A DNA stretch of 64,000 nucleotides from the NCBI GenBank assembly GCA_018653315.1, contig JABIAL010000037.1:1487-65486 (forward strand), given 5' to 3'. This stretch comes from a bacterium (GTDB lineage Bacteria; Patescibacteriota; Patescibacteriia; UBA1558; GWA2-36-10). The notes below the pieces were generated by a model. That model ran no database searches and was not told the origin of the DNA. It saw only the letters and a list, made by a program, of their open reading frames with translations. Both the position numbers and the translations under genes were made by a program. Shown in pieces: positions 21,394 through 32,667 of this stretch (position 1 is its first letter; each line of letters starts with the position of its first letter).

Positions 21394-24318
21394 TTAATTT
21401 TTCTTAGCGAAAGGACAAATCTTATTAAAATCACAAGTGCTACACATAAAACCCGGTGTAGCCGTAAAATCTCCTGTCAAAATATTAGCAATGGTATCTA
21501 GTATCCATTTTTTAGTTTTATCTAATTCCTTTTCAGTTCCCAAAAAAGAAACTTCCGTATTATTTGTCAGATAATAAAAAGTAAGAGCTTTAACTGGCAC
21601 CTTAAAAACTTCTTTGGCTGCTATCTGATAAATTAATAACTGTTTTTTATCTTCAAATGTAATCTTATCTACTTTTGGTTTACCAGTTTTATAATCAATC
21701 AACTCCCACTTCCCTTCTGTGTCGACATCAACTCGATCAAAAACACCATACAAAGAATAATCACCAATCTTTATATTAGCTCCTTTTTCCAAAAATAATG
21801 GCACTGGCCAATTGCCTTTAAATTTCTGATAAAATTCTTTTAAAATCTTATCCCCTTCTTTTTGATAACGTTCTTTTTCTGTCTGACCATTATACCAATC
21901 ATCAATCCACGACTCTTTATAATAATTCATCAAGTCTTCTAAGCTTGGATCTGTGGTTTTATGATCCTGACCAAATAAATCAGCTTGAGTTTTTTGCCGA
22001 CGATTAATAACATCTTGAAAAAACTTTTGTAAAGTAGAATGCATTGTTTTACCAAAACTAAAAACTGCCTTTCCTTTACCACGAAGTTTAACTATATGCG
22101 AATAATAATATTGTCGCGGACAAGTTTCATAGGCCTTAAGTTGTGAAAAAGAAAATCTCTTGGGAATGGCATTTTTTATCTGCTCCAAAGGCAAGTCAAT
22201 TTTATTCGGTTCCTTGATATCTTTACCGGGAACTACTTTAGAGGCTATTTTAATCTCCTCAAGAAATCTAGATGGCTTACGCTCACGAGAGCCTCCGTAG
22301 TCTTTGGCCCAAGTCAAATAAACTGCCTGTTTAGCTCTGGTTAAAGCAACATAAAACAATCTTCGCTCTTCCTGCAAATGAGCATCACCACTCGGCAATT
22401 GTTCTTTGATAAACTCTTCTGGTATAGAAATAGGATCCCGTCTTTGGGTACTTGGAAAACGTAAATGTACTAAATTAGTAATAAACACATACTTAAACTC
22501 TAAACCCTTGGATCCATGAATGGTCATTACCTTAATAGCATCGGGGCCAGCATCCGCATCCTGTTTTATTGAGCCTTGCTCTCCAGACTCTAGCTCCATG
22601 TCCATTTGAGTCAAAAATTGATGCACCGAACCATCCAGTGCTTCTTCTTCCCATGATCGTACTTTTCTAAAAAACTGATTCAAAAAGTTTAATTGTTCGC
22701 GTGTATATTGTGTTTCTTCTAAAGTAATTAACTTCAAATAGCCACTATCTTCCAACCAAGTATAAATAACTTGTGAGACTGGTTTGTCTTTGGATAATTC
22801 GGTATGAGTTTTTATTTGAGCCAAAATTTCATCAATAATTCTACTCTGCCCAACCGGTAAATTAATATGTCCTCTATATGCTTTGAGCGTATAATACAAA
22901 CTCCAACTTTTTCTATTAGCCAGATGATTAAGATGAATTAAAGTCTGAATATCAATATTAAAACAAGGCAAACTCAAAACTCTAAACAAAGCCGGTGACT
23001 CATGATAATTATCTAATAACTTCAAATAAGCTACGATATCCAAAACAATATCCTGAGCATATAAACCACGAGAAGCTAAAAACTGATGTGGCCAGCCAAT
23101 TTTTCGCATCATACTGACAAAACCAGCTGCCTGATCGTTGGCTCTGACTAAAATGGCAAAATCCGACCATTGCGCTTCTTTGTCTTTTTTCTTGATTTCA
23201 GCAATCTGCTGTAAGACACCATCGATCTCAGAATTTTTATCTGTATACGATAAAACCTTAACCTGTCCTTTTGTTTTATTATGACCGGTTAATTTTTTAT
23301 CTAATTTTTTATTGCCAACTTTAAGCTGTGCTTCTAAACGATCTGGATTATTTAGCTGAATAAAATTATATGCTTTATCTAAAATATTTTGACCAGAACG
23401 ATAATTATCTGTTAAGAAAATTTGTTTAGCTTTTGGATAATCTTTTTGGAAACTTAAAATATTAGAAATAGCAGCTCCTCTAAATTTATATACCGCCTGA
23501 TCATCATCGCCAACCACCATTAAATTATTATTTGGTGCTGCTAAAATTTTAATCAGTTCATATTGAGCCCAATTGGTATCTTGAAACTCATCAACTAAAA
23601 TATACTTAAATTGTTTTCTAAATTGTTCTAAAATTTGTGGACGTTCTTGAAATAACTTGAGTGTATAATTTATTAGATCTCCAAAATCCATAGCATTATT
23701 GTCTAACAATAATTGCTGATAAACATGGTAAGCATTAGCCACTTCTTTAGCTCGATTTATTTCCATCTCTACATCTTCCCGATCAGCCGCAGAATCTGAA
23801 TCTAACTGTAGATTTTCTGCATACTCTAAATAATTTTCCGGGTAAACCACCTCATCTTTGCAACGAGAAAAGTGACTTAATAAAGCATGAATAAATTTAG
23901 TTGGATTACCTAAAGGCTGGTAATAATTTAATTCAAATTTATCTAGATTATTCCGCACCAACATCCAAGTTGCTGTTGTGTCTAAAAGCTTAAAATCATT
24001 AGACAAGCCAATGTCCAAAGCATAATCTTTGAGTACTTTCTCAGCAAAACCATGAAAAGTGTGAATCCATAATTCTGAATAACCTAAGGGCAAAAGCTTA
24101 TCTACCCGCTCTTCCATTTCAGCGGCTGCTTTTTCGGTAAAAGTGACCGCTAAGATCTCCTCTGGCTTGGCTTTTTTCTTGACTATCAAGTGAGCAATAC
24201 GTTGGGTAATTACAGTTGTTTTACCGGTTCCTGCTCCAGCAATCAAAATAACAGGGCCTTTATCGTGAATAACGGCCTGTTTTTGGGCTGGATTTAACTT
24301 AGATAGGTTTATAGGCAT
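21394..24318 (-). CDS. UvrD/PcrA-family SF1 helicase fused to a C-terminal PD-(D/E)XK nuclease domain of RecB/Cas4 type with 4 Cys (AddA-like single chain)
   Basis: Walker A GAGTGKTT, UvrD motifs (ILVDEFQDTN, VVGDDDQAVY, TIHGSKGLEF), and a C-terminal nuclease with CPRQYYYSH...DYKTGK...CSTCDF..C. This is the Fe-S Cas4/AddB-like cysteine pattern. Confidence 0.8.
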   Translation of the reverse strand: MPINLSKLNPAQKQAVIHDKGPVILIAGAGTGKTTVITQRIAHLIVKKKAKPEEILAVTFTEKAAAEMEERVDKLLPLGYSELWIHTFHGFAEKVLKDYALDIGLSNDFKLLDTTATWMLVRNNLDKFELNYYQPLGNPTKFIHALLSHFSRCKDEVVYPENYLEYAENLQLDSDSAADREDVEMEINRAKEVANAYHVYQQLLLDNNAMDFGDLINYTLKLFQERPQILEQFRKQFKYILVDEFQDTNWAQYELIKILAAPNNNLMVVGDDDQAVYKFRGAAISNILSFQKDYPKAKQIFLTDNYRSGQNILDKAYNFIQLNNPDRLEAQLKVGNKKLDKKLTGHNKTKGQVKVLSYTDKNSEIDGVLQQIAEIKKKDKEAQWSDFAILVRANDQAAGFVSMMRKIGWPHQFLASRGLYAQDIVLDIVAYLKLLDNYHESPALFRVLSLPCFNIDIQTLIHLNHLANRKSWSLYYTLKAYRGHINLPVGQSRIIDEILAQIKTHTELSKDKPVSQVIYTWLEDSGYLKLITLEETQYTREQLNFLNQFFRKVRSWEEEALDGSVHQFLTQMDMELESGEQGSIKQDADAGPDAIKVMTIHGSKGLEFKYVFITNLVHLRFPSTQRRDPISIPEEFIKEQLPSGDAHLQEERRLFYVALTRAKQAVYLTWAKDYGGSRERKPSRFLEEIKIASKVVPGKDIKEPNKIDLPLEQIKNAIPKRFSFSQLKAYETCPRQYYYSHIVKLRGKGKAVFSFGKTMHSTLQKFFQDVINRRQKTQADLFGQDHKTTDPSLEDLMNYYKESWIDDWYNGQTEKERYQKEGDKILKEFYQKFKGNWPVPLFLEKGANIKIGDYSLYGVFDRVDVDTEGKWELIDYKTGKPKVDKITFEDKKQLLIYQIAAKEVFKVPVKALTFYYLTNNTEVSFLGTEKELDKTKKWILDTIANILTGDFTATPGFMCSTCDFNKICPFAKKN

Positions 24319-24402
24319 ATAGTCTATTTTAGCAGATATTAGATTTTTGGCAAAAGAAAAAGACGATCTATTCAGATCGCCTAATAATCCTATGCTATCA
24401 CA

Positions 24403-24807
24403 TTATTGACATTGCCAACTTTCAACTTCAATGGCAGTACCACAATAACTATTTCTTGTCCCCACTTCTTTACTACATGGACCAACATTTTCTTTTAGCA
24501 CGCCCGAAATAAAAACTTCTTCCTGGCAATCTATCTTTACATCTGAAATTAATATAGTTTGTCCAAAATCAGTACTCCAATAAGATTGTTTTTTGTCAAA
24601 ACTAATAATTGGATGGTTTGACATAGCGTAACCTTCATTATAAGTTGCTGTTATCTGTATCATTTTTTCATGACATTCTTCATTAATATAATCACAAAAT
24701 TTATCTTTTGTTTCATTATTTTGAATATTATTTGATGGTAAAGATGGATTGTTACAACCAGATAAAATAAAAAATGCTAAGAAAAACAGTACAACTTTTA
24801 TTTTCAT
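24403..24807 (-). CDS. Putative lipoprotein
   Basis: Signal peptide with a lipobox (FFILSGC). 134 aa, Cys-containing mature part. Confidence 0.5.
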   Translation of the reverse strand: MKIKVVLFFLAFFILSGCNNPSLPSNNIQNNETKDKFCDYINEECHEKMIQITATYNEGYAMSNHPIISFDKKQSYWSTDFGQTILISDVKIDCQEEVFISGVLKENVGPCSKEVGTRNSYCGTAIEVESWQCQ

Positions 24808-24881
24808 ATTTTTTACTACTAATTAAAATTAACTCTCTGTTATCATCAACTCTAACATAAGATAAAATATTAAGCAAAAAT

Positions 24882-24908
24882 AAAAAACCGCCCAAATGAA
24901 TAGACGGC
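24882..24908 (-). terminator. Hairpin CCGCCC...GACGGC followed by a U-tract on the minus strand, just downstream of the beta-CA-like gene
   Basis: AAAAAACCGCCCAAATGAATAGACGGCAA. The minus-strand reading gives a stem-loop followed by TTTTTT. Confidence 0.4.
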
Positions 24909-24916
24909 AAATGAAT

Positions 24917-25366
24917 TTATTCGATTGTCTGATATTCCAAACCTTGTGGCACTGGTTTAGAATAAGCCATGATAATTTCTAAATCATCTGGTAACTCTTT
25001 GGCCAAAATATCTTTGACTGCTTGTAAATCTTGGCAATATTTTTTCTCTTCTGCTGAAGTATCTGTAAAAGATTTACTGCCGCCATAGCCACCACAGTCC
25101 CAATGCCATAAGAGTAAAAGCTTCTTAATCTTATGTAAACCACGAGAAACAGAAACAATGTGTTCTACAAATTCTGTTTTGAAACCATTTTGACGTAGCA
25201 CTGCTTTGGCAGCACCTGGCCAAGAGTATAAATCAAAATCTGCAAAACCCAAACCTTTTTCAATAAACTCTTGATCACTTGTACGAAAACGAAAATCGAC
25301 ACACTTGATCACAGCCAGTGGACACTCGTGTTTATCGAGATTGTCATTTGGAACAGTAAATTTCAT
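24917..25366 (-). CDS. Small protein with beta-carbonic-anhydrase-like Zn-ligand motifs
   Basis: CVDFRFR resembles the beta-CA C-x-D-x-R motif, and LLLWHWDCGGYGG resembles H-x-x-C-G. The start is probably the MKFTVP ATG at 25366. The family call is tentative. Confidence 0.35.
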   Translation of the reverse strand: MKFTVPNDNLDKHECPLAVIKCVDFRFRTSDQEFIEKGLGFADFDLYSWPGAAKAVLRQNGFKTEFVEHIVSVSRGLHKIKKLLLLWHWDCGGYGGSKSFTDTSAEEKKYCQDLQAVKDILAKELPDDLEIIMAYSKPVPQGLEYQTIE

Positions 25367-25376
25367 AAGTCTTCCC

Positions 25377-25814
25377 TTAATGTTTACCGGTACGAATACC
25401 TTTATGTTTATATTTGCGAACAATACGCAAACGATTCATTTCTTTTTCCAAATTAGCAGTTAGTGCTGCAAACTCTGCGCTGTCTACTTTTTTATCTTGC
25501 AAAGCATCTTCGGCCCGTTTTCTAGCTTCTTCAGCCCGATCTTCATCTATCTCCGCTACATTCTCTACTCGATCAGCCAAAATAATGACTTGTCCTGGAA
25601 CTACTTCAACAAAACCACCAAAAACAGCCATTAGATTTTCTTCTTTACCTTGCTGTTTAACCACAATCTCTCCAGCTGCTAATTGGCTAACCAGAGGCAC
25701 ATGATTAGATAAAATAGTAATTTGACCAGTACTAGAAGTGACTGAAACCTGACTAACCTTATCGGTTAATACTACTTTTTCTGGGGTAACAATTTTTAAT
25801 GTAAAATCTTTCAT
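25377..25814 (-). CDS. atpC: F0F1 ATP synthase epsilon subunit
   Basis: N-terminal beta-sandwich (LKIVTPEK...LSNHVPL) plus a C-terminal helical hairpin, in operon position after atpD. Confidence 0.85.
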   Translation of the reverse strand: MKDFTLKIVTPEKVVLTDKVSQVSVTSSTGQITILSNHVPLVSQLAAGEIVVKQQGKEENLMAVFGGFVEVVPGQVIILADRVENVAEIDEDRAEEARKRAEDALQDKKVDSAEFAALTANLEKEMNRLRIVRKYKHKGIRTGKH

Positions 25815-25837
25815 TGAGCTTGGCTATCTTAAACCTT

Positions 25838-27214
<1,377 letters not shown>

Positions 27215-27223
27215 TTATTCAAT

Positions 27224-28138
27224 TTATTCTAAAGCGGCTGCACCAGCAGAAATCTCTGCTAACTCAGCAGTAATATTAGCTTGTCTAGCCTGATTATATA
27301 TTAATGTTAATTCGTTTATCATATCTGTTGCAGCATCTGAAGCATTACGCATAGCAAACATGCGAGCTGAATGTTCTGAAGCTTCACTTTCTAAAACTGC
27401 CTGAAATAATTGCATTTCAATTAATTTTGGTAAAAATGAATTCAAGATTTCTTCTCTGCTTGGTTCAAAGGTAAATTCAGCAATCTCATCAATATCTACA
27501 TGTTCTTTATTCTTTTTTTCGTGAATGATGTGCCCCAATCGTTCGTCAATATGTGAAGAAAAAGGTAATAATTGTTTAACATGAGCTATTTGTTTTAAAG
27601 AGGACATAAAATCCATATAAGCCACAAATACCTTATCGTATTTTTCGGCTTTAAATTCTTTGACTAATAAATGCGCTATTGGTAAAACATCAACTGAATT
27701 TTCTGTAATATCATTTTTTGGAAAATCAGCTATCAGATTCAAATTTTTGCGTATAACCTCTTCTCTGCCCTTAACGCCGAAAGTAATAATATCTGTATTG
27801 GTAACTTCTGGAGCATGTATCTTGATAGAATCAATAACTTTTTGTACTAATTGTCCATTAAAACTGCCACACAAGCCTCGATTGGTACTAACTAAGATAA
27901 TAGCTATGTTCTTTGTTTCTTTGGCCTCTCTAAAAAATGGATGTCCACTTGTATCTACTTTTTTTACCAAACGTAAAATCATATCCCAAGATAAATCGGC
28001 ATAACTACGAGTACTCAAAACTCTACTAATTGCTTTACGCATTTTAGCTGCCGAAACCAACTCCATCGCTTTAGTAATTTTGTTGGTACTTTTAACCGAC
28101 TTTATCCTTCTTTTAATATCTCCTGTGCCTTGTGACAT
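27224..28138 (-). CDS. atpG: F0F1 ATP synthase gamma subunit
   Basis: Gamma-subunit N- and C-terminal helices (IKSVKSTNKITKAMELVSAAKMRKA ... ITAELAEISAGAAAL). Confidence 0.9.
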   Translation of the reverse strand: MSQGTGDIKRRIKSVKSTNKITKAMELVSAAKMRKAISRVLSTRSYADLSWDMILRLVKKVDTSGHPFFREAKETKNIAIILVSTNRGLCGSFNGQLVQKVIDSIKIHAPEVTNTDIITFGVKGREEVIRKNLNLIADFPKNDITENSVDVLPIAHLLVKEFKAEKYDKVFVAYMDFMSSLKQIAHVKQLLPFSSHIDERLGHIIHEKKNKEHVDIDEIAEFTFEPSREEILNSFLPKLIEMQLFQAVLESEASEHSARMFAMRNASDAATDMINELTLIYNQARQANITAELAEISAGAAALE

Positions 28139-28140
28139 AC

Positions 28141-29661
28141 TTATTCTGTTTTAGTAAATGTACTTACTAAATCTTCAATAATTGTTTTTAACTTTTCTTC
28201 TAATTTTTCATCCAAAACGCCCTCCGTTTCAATATTTTTTAAAATATCTTGACCTTCAGCGTCTAATTTAATAAATAATTGCCCCTCAAACTTAGAAATA
28301 TCTGTCACCGGAATATTATCTGTATAACCATTACTAACCGCATAAATAATAGCCACCTGTTTATTCTGATCTATTGGTGAAAATTGAGGTTGTTTCAAAA
28401 CTTCAGTAATACGCGCTCCTCTATTTAACTGTTGTTTAGTAGCATCATCCAAATCTGAACCAAATTGAGCAAAGGCTTCTAATTCACGATATTGAGCTAA
28501 ATCTAATTTCAATTTACCAGCTACTTTTTTCATAGCTTTAATTTGAGCAGCTGAACCAACACGTGATACTGACAAACCAGCATTTAAAGCTGGGCGAATA
28601 CCCTTGTAAAACAAATCTGTTTCTAAGAAAATTTGACCATCAGTAATAGAAATAACATTAGTTGGAATATATGCTGAAATATCACCAGCTTGGGTTTCAA
28701 TAATTGGCAATGAAGTCAACGAACCACCGCCTTCTTTATCGCTCATTTTAGCTGAACGTTCTAATAAACGAGAATGTAAATAAAAAACATCTCCCGGATA
28801 AGCCTCACGTCCTGGTGGACGACGTAATAATAAAGAAATTTGTCTATATGCTACTGCATGTTTAGATAAATCATCATAAATTACCAAAACATCTTTTCCT
28901 TTTTCCATGAAATACTCAGCTATAGCCGTACCTGTGTATGGTGAAATATACGATAAAGAAGCTGAATGAGAAGCACCAGCTACAACGACAGTAGTGTAAT
29001 CCATGGCGCCAGTCTCTTCCAATTTAGCCACAATCTTGGCAACCTTTGATTCTTTTTGTCCGATAGCTACATAGACACAAATAACATCTTTTCCTTTTTG
29101 ATTGATAACAGTATCAATGGCCAAAGCAGGCTTACCTGTTTGACGATCACCGATAATCAACTCACGTTGTCCTTTACCAATTGGGATAATAGAGTCAATA
29201 ACTTTAATACCGGTCTGTAATGGCTGATGCACTGATTGTCTAGTAATAACACCAGGAGCTATCTTTTCTACTGGATAAAAATCTTTAGTCTTAATATCAC
29301 CCTTACCATCAATAGCTTCACCCAAGGCATTAACCACACGGCCGACAACTGCCTCACCAACTGGAACTTCTAAAATTCTCTTAGTGCGACGTACTTTATC
29401 TCCTTCTTTCAAAACTTGGTAATCACCCAAGATAATAGCACCAATAGAAAATTCTTCTAAATTCAAAGCAACGCCGTAAATTTTTTCTCCAGTGCTAGAC
29501 TCAAACTCCAGCATCTCAGAAGCCATGGTCTCGTTCAAACCAGACACACTAGCAATACCATCACCTATTTCAATGATCTCGCCAACTGTTTCTTCTTTGA
29601 CATCACCCTGCCAATCTTCAAGTTGCTGTTGTAAATTTTTGATTAAATATTCGTAAGACAT
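28141..29661 (-). CDS. atpA: F0F1 ATP synthase alpha subunit
   Basis: P-loop GDRQTGKPA, highly conserved alpha-subunit sequence. Confidence 0.95.
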   Translation of the reverse strand: MSYEYLIKNLQQQLEDWQGDVKEETVGEIIEIGDGIASVSGLNETMASEMLEFESSTGEKIYGVALNLEEFSIGAIILGDYQVLKEGDKVRRTKRILEVPVGEAVVGRVVNALGEAIDGKGDIKTKDFYPVEKIAPGVITRQSVHQPLQTGIKVIDSIIPIGKGQRELIIGDRQTGKPALAIDTVINQKGKDVICVYVAIGQKESKVAKIVAKLEETGAMDYTTVVVAGASHSASLSYISPYTGTAIAEYFMEKGKDVLVIYDDLSKHAVAYRQISLLLRRPPGREAYPGDVFYLHSRLLERSAKMSDKEGGGSLTSLPIIETQAGDISAYIPTNVISITDGQIFLETDLFYKGIRPALNAGLSVSRVGSAAQIKAMKKVAGKLKLDLAQYRELEAFAQFGSDLDDATKQQLNRGARITEVLKQPQFSPIDQNKQVAIIYAVSNGYTDNIPVTDISKFEGQLFIKLDAEGQDILKNIETEGVLDEKLEEKLKTIIEDLVSTFTKTE

Positions 29662-29686
29662 CTTTTTTACTTTATTAATATTATAA

Positions 29687-30091
29687 TTAATTTTCTAATT
29701 GTTTTGCTAATTTGTTAATTTTAGTTTTAATTGAAGCATCAATCATCTTATCATCATAGCGTAGTATTACACCACCGATAATATCTTCATCTACACGATT
29801 AGTTAAATCTATTTCTTTAGCTAATCTTTTTTTCATTGTCGCTGTTAACTTATCGAGCACATCAGTTGATAATCCATCTTTAGCAGTAACCTTAACGCCA
29901 ACTGTATCAGTAGCTTGATAATACAAATTTTTCACAGCTACAATGATCTTTGGTAGTAAAGGAGTTAATTTGTGCTCTTTTAAATAAACTATAAAATTAT
30001 CAACAACCTTATTGGCTTTTTGTTTATCTTTATCTGCTAAGCTCAAAAATACAGCTTTAGCTAAAATTGTAGCTTGTTCTGCTGGTTTCAT
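29687..30091 (-). CDS. atpH: F0F1 ATP synthase delta (OSCP) subunit, short form
   Basis: Position between atpF and atpA, with the OSCP-like C-terminus ([24 protein letters not shown]). Confidence 0.7.
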   Translation of the reverse strand: MKPAEQATILAKAVFLSLADKDKQKANKVVDNFIVYLKEHKLTPLLPKIIVAVKNLYYQATDTVGVKVTAKDGLSTDVLDKLTATMKKRLAKEIDLTNRVDEDIIGGVILRYDDKMIDASIKTKINKLAKQLEN

Positions 30092-30585
30092 TATTTTAAT
30101 TCTTTCAAAGTTTTTTCAATATATTTTTGATCAATATCCTTACTTAGTCCTTCGGATAAAATCTGTTGCAAAGCCTTAGTTAATAATCCGGCAATTTCTG
30201 TTTTAGCACCATTAACTAAATCTTTCTTTTCAGCAGCAATCTGCTCTTTAGCTTTTTTGACTACTTCTGCTACTTCATTTTTAGTTTGTTCTAAACTATC
30301 TTGATGATTACTTTCTGACTGTTTTTTAGCTTGCTCCAAAATTTCTATTGCCTCAGCTTTGGTTTCCTGCAATTTGATTTTAACATCATGTTCTACCTCT
30401 TCTATCTTGTCAGCTGCTGCTTTGGCATCATCTAAGCCTTTACTTATTTCTGCATTTCTAGATTCCATCGTCTTCATCAATGGCTTAATGGCAAATTTCC
30501 ACAAAACCAATAAGACGATAACAAAGTTTACTAACTGAGCTATCATTAATCTCCAATCAACGCCAAATAATTCTAAAATTTCCAT
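30091..30585 (-). CDS. atpF: F0F1 ATP synthase subunit b
   Basis: Single N-terminal TM helix followed by a long charged coiled coil, in operon position. Confidence 0.8.
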   Translation of the reverse strand: MEILELFGVDWRLMIAQLVNFVIVLLVLWKFAIKPLMKTMESRNAEISKGLDDAKAAADKIEEVEHDVKIKLQETKAEAIEILEQAKKQSESNHQDSLEQTKNEVAEVVKKAKEQIAAEKKDLVNGAKTEIAGLLTKALQQILSEGLSKDIDQKYIEKTLKELK

Positions 30586-30651
30586 TTTTAATTCATTTTA
30601 ATTACTCTCTTCTGGCTCAAATATCTTTGAACCAGTAAGAATAATCAAAGA

Positions 30652-30867
<216 letters not shown>

Positions 30868-30960
30868 CTAATCTCCTTAAAATAATCTGATTCGTCAAAT
30901 TATATTAATTAATAATTATTGGCTGAATACTAAATAATATCCAATCAATAGTTATTAATT

Positions 30961-31842
30961 TTAATGATCATGCGCAGTAGCGGCGATCGTAAAATATACC
31001 AAAGTTAAGATAGCAAAAATCAAAGCCTGAATCAAGCCAACGATCACCTCTAAAAACATAAAAGGCAAGGGTAAACCAAAGGCTAAAATAGCGGAAATGG
31101 AAGCTAATAAAACTTCGCCCGCAAAAACATTACCAAATAAACGAAAAGACAAAGAAGCAATTTTAGCGACTTCGGAAATTACTTCAATTAAGCCGACAAA
31201 AAATGAAATTGGATTGATTAAAACAATCGTTGGTTCTTTTTTAATCTTCTTAGGAATAGCTAAAATAGCCTTGATATTTATGAATTTATTAAAATAATTC
31301 CAGCCACCGACAACCATCACACCAAAAATATTGGCAGCAATTACGGCAAATAAACTCAAAGCTAAAGTGGTATTCAAATCAGCTGTACCACCTCGAAAAA
31401 TATGATGACCATTAAAACTAATTGAGCCAATACCAGGTATTAATCCTAACCAATTATTTACCAAAATAAAAATAAAAACAGCAAAAATTATAGGAAAAAG
31501 CTTCTTACTTCTAGATCGATCATTGGTCACTAAATCCATCATATTCAAAGCACCCTCTACTACTAATTCTATAATACTTTGAAATATTGAAGGAATTCTT
31601 TTGGTTTTTTTACGAATTGCCAAAGAAAGTAAAATAATTAAAAACACTGCTACCCAAGAGGTAAGCAATGAGTTGGTTACAGGAAAATTGCCGATATGTA
31701 CAATCGGTTCTGCATACAAAGTAAGCTCATGCCCTTCTTCAGCATGTTCTTCTGACGCATGTTGGTTTTCACCTATTTCTACATCATGTAAAACTTCTGG
31801 CTCCGAATGTGTAGGTTCTGAATTGTGATTATCTGTAGACAT
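30961..31842 (-). CDS. atpB: F0F1 ATP synthase subunit a, with an acidic/His-rich N-terminal extension
   Basis: Conserved Arg in SFRLFGNVFAGE and multi-TM topology. Operon position. Confidence 0.85.
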   Translation of the reverse strand: MSTDNHNSEPTHSEPEVLHDVEIGENQHASEEHAEEGHELTLYAEPIVHIGNFPVTNSLLTSWVAVFLIILLSLAIRKKTKRIPSIFQSIIELVVEGALNMMDLVTNDRSRSKKLFPIIFAVFIFILVNNWLGLIPGIGSISFNGHHIFRGGTADLNTTLALSLFAVIAANIFGVMVVGGWNYFNKFINIKAILAIPKKIKKEPTIVLINPISFFVGLIEVISEVAKIASLSFRLFGNVFAGEVLLASISAILAFGLPLPFMFLEVIVGLIQALIFAILTLVYFTIAATAHDH

Positions 31843-32234
31843 TATTTGTTTTCTTTATCATCCTGCTTATCCTCCGAAACTTTAGTGAAGGAGGAAGTGT
31901 TAACTGAAGGATCATCCTGCTTGTCCTTTGGAGCTTCAGCGGAAGAGGAAATGTTAGCCGAAGGGGTCTCTCCTGAGCTTGCCGAAGGATTAACTATTTT
32001 TAAATATTTTGCACCAACTAAACTAACACCAACACAGGAAATTACAAACGCTAAGGCAGTTAAGCCGAAAAAATATAAATTCCCTGTCTCTTGTCTTTGG
32101 TCTAGCCAACGCCCTAAAAACAAAGCACCAATAATTGGCAAGACTATCCAGGTGGTCATTTCAGTAAAAATAATTAAGGCTAATTTATTATACTCTTTAT
32201 CTTTACTATTTTTAAATTTATTGATCCAAGACAT
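31842..32234 (-). CDS. AtpZ/AtpI-like small membrane protein upstream of atpB. The C-terminal tail has a tandem duplication (KDKQDD...KDKQDD).
   Basis: Two TM helices (VLPIIGALFLGRWLD ...). It lies immediately 5' of atpB, with a 1-nt overlap. Nucleotide direct repeats ATCATCCTGCTT(A/G)TCCT lie at ~31855 and ~31911. Confidence 0.45.
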   Translation of the reverse strand: MSWINKFKNSKDKEYNKLALIIFTEMTTWIVLPIIGALFLGRWLDQRQETGNLYFFGLTALAFVISCVGVSLVGAKYLKIVNPSASSGETPSANISSSAEAPKDKQDDPSVNTSSFTKVSEDKQDDKENK

Positions 32235-32237
32235 ATA

Positions 32238-32540
32238 CTACTCTTTATTCACCGGAAATTCAGAAAATTCTTGTTCTGTTATTTGACCAATCTCAGTTAA
32301 TTCATCTGAATAAGCGCCAACTACACCATCTACTTCTTTCATTATAGAAATATAAATTACTATTAGTGCCGTAACAATATCCGATAAAATCAAAATGACT
32401 GGTAACCAAGTATACTTCTGGCATAGACCCTTTAACCATGGTATTTCATACAGATAAACGCTAGCCACCACGAAAATAGCAATTATTAGAATAATGCGGA
32501 AAATAAAAAAACTAGGGTGACCCATCTGTTTTAATGCCAT
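32238..32540 (-). CDS. Hypothetical two-TM membrane protein
   Basis: 100-aa hydrophobic ORF between the atp operon and rmuC. Confidence 0.4.
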   Translation of the reverse strand: MALKQMGHPSFFIFRIILIIAIFVVASVYLYEIPWLKGLCQKYTWLPVILILSDIVTALIVIYISIMKEVDGVVGAYSDELTEIGQITEQEFSEFPVNKE

Positions 32541-32563
32541 GATTTATAAATAATTTAGTCTCT

Positions 32564-32604
32564 CAAATAACAAAAGGCGACATCAGTATATACTGAAACA
32601 CGCC
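32564..32604 (-). terminator. Intrinsic terminator after rmuC (GGCG-loop-CGCC hairpin followed by a U-tract on the minus strand)
   Basis: Minus strand reads ggcgtgtttcagtatatactgatgtcgcc followed by ttttgttatttg. Confidence 0.45.
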
Positions 32605-32667
32605 CCAAGTCAAGATATTTTTAAAAAATTAGGTACTTTATTAGCTTATTTTAGCAATGCGCTAAAT

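Noticed and set aside
31825-32286. 153-aa plus-strand ORF antisense to the atpZ-like gene and the 5' end of atpB
   Set aside because: It is antisense to genes with clear operon context, has no start signals, and has a low-complexity product.
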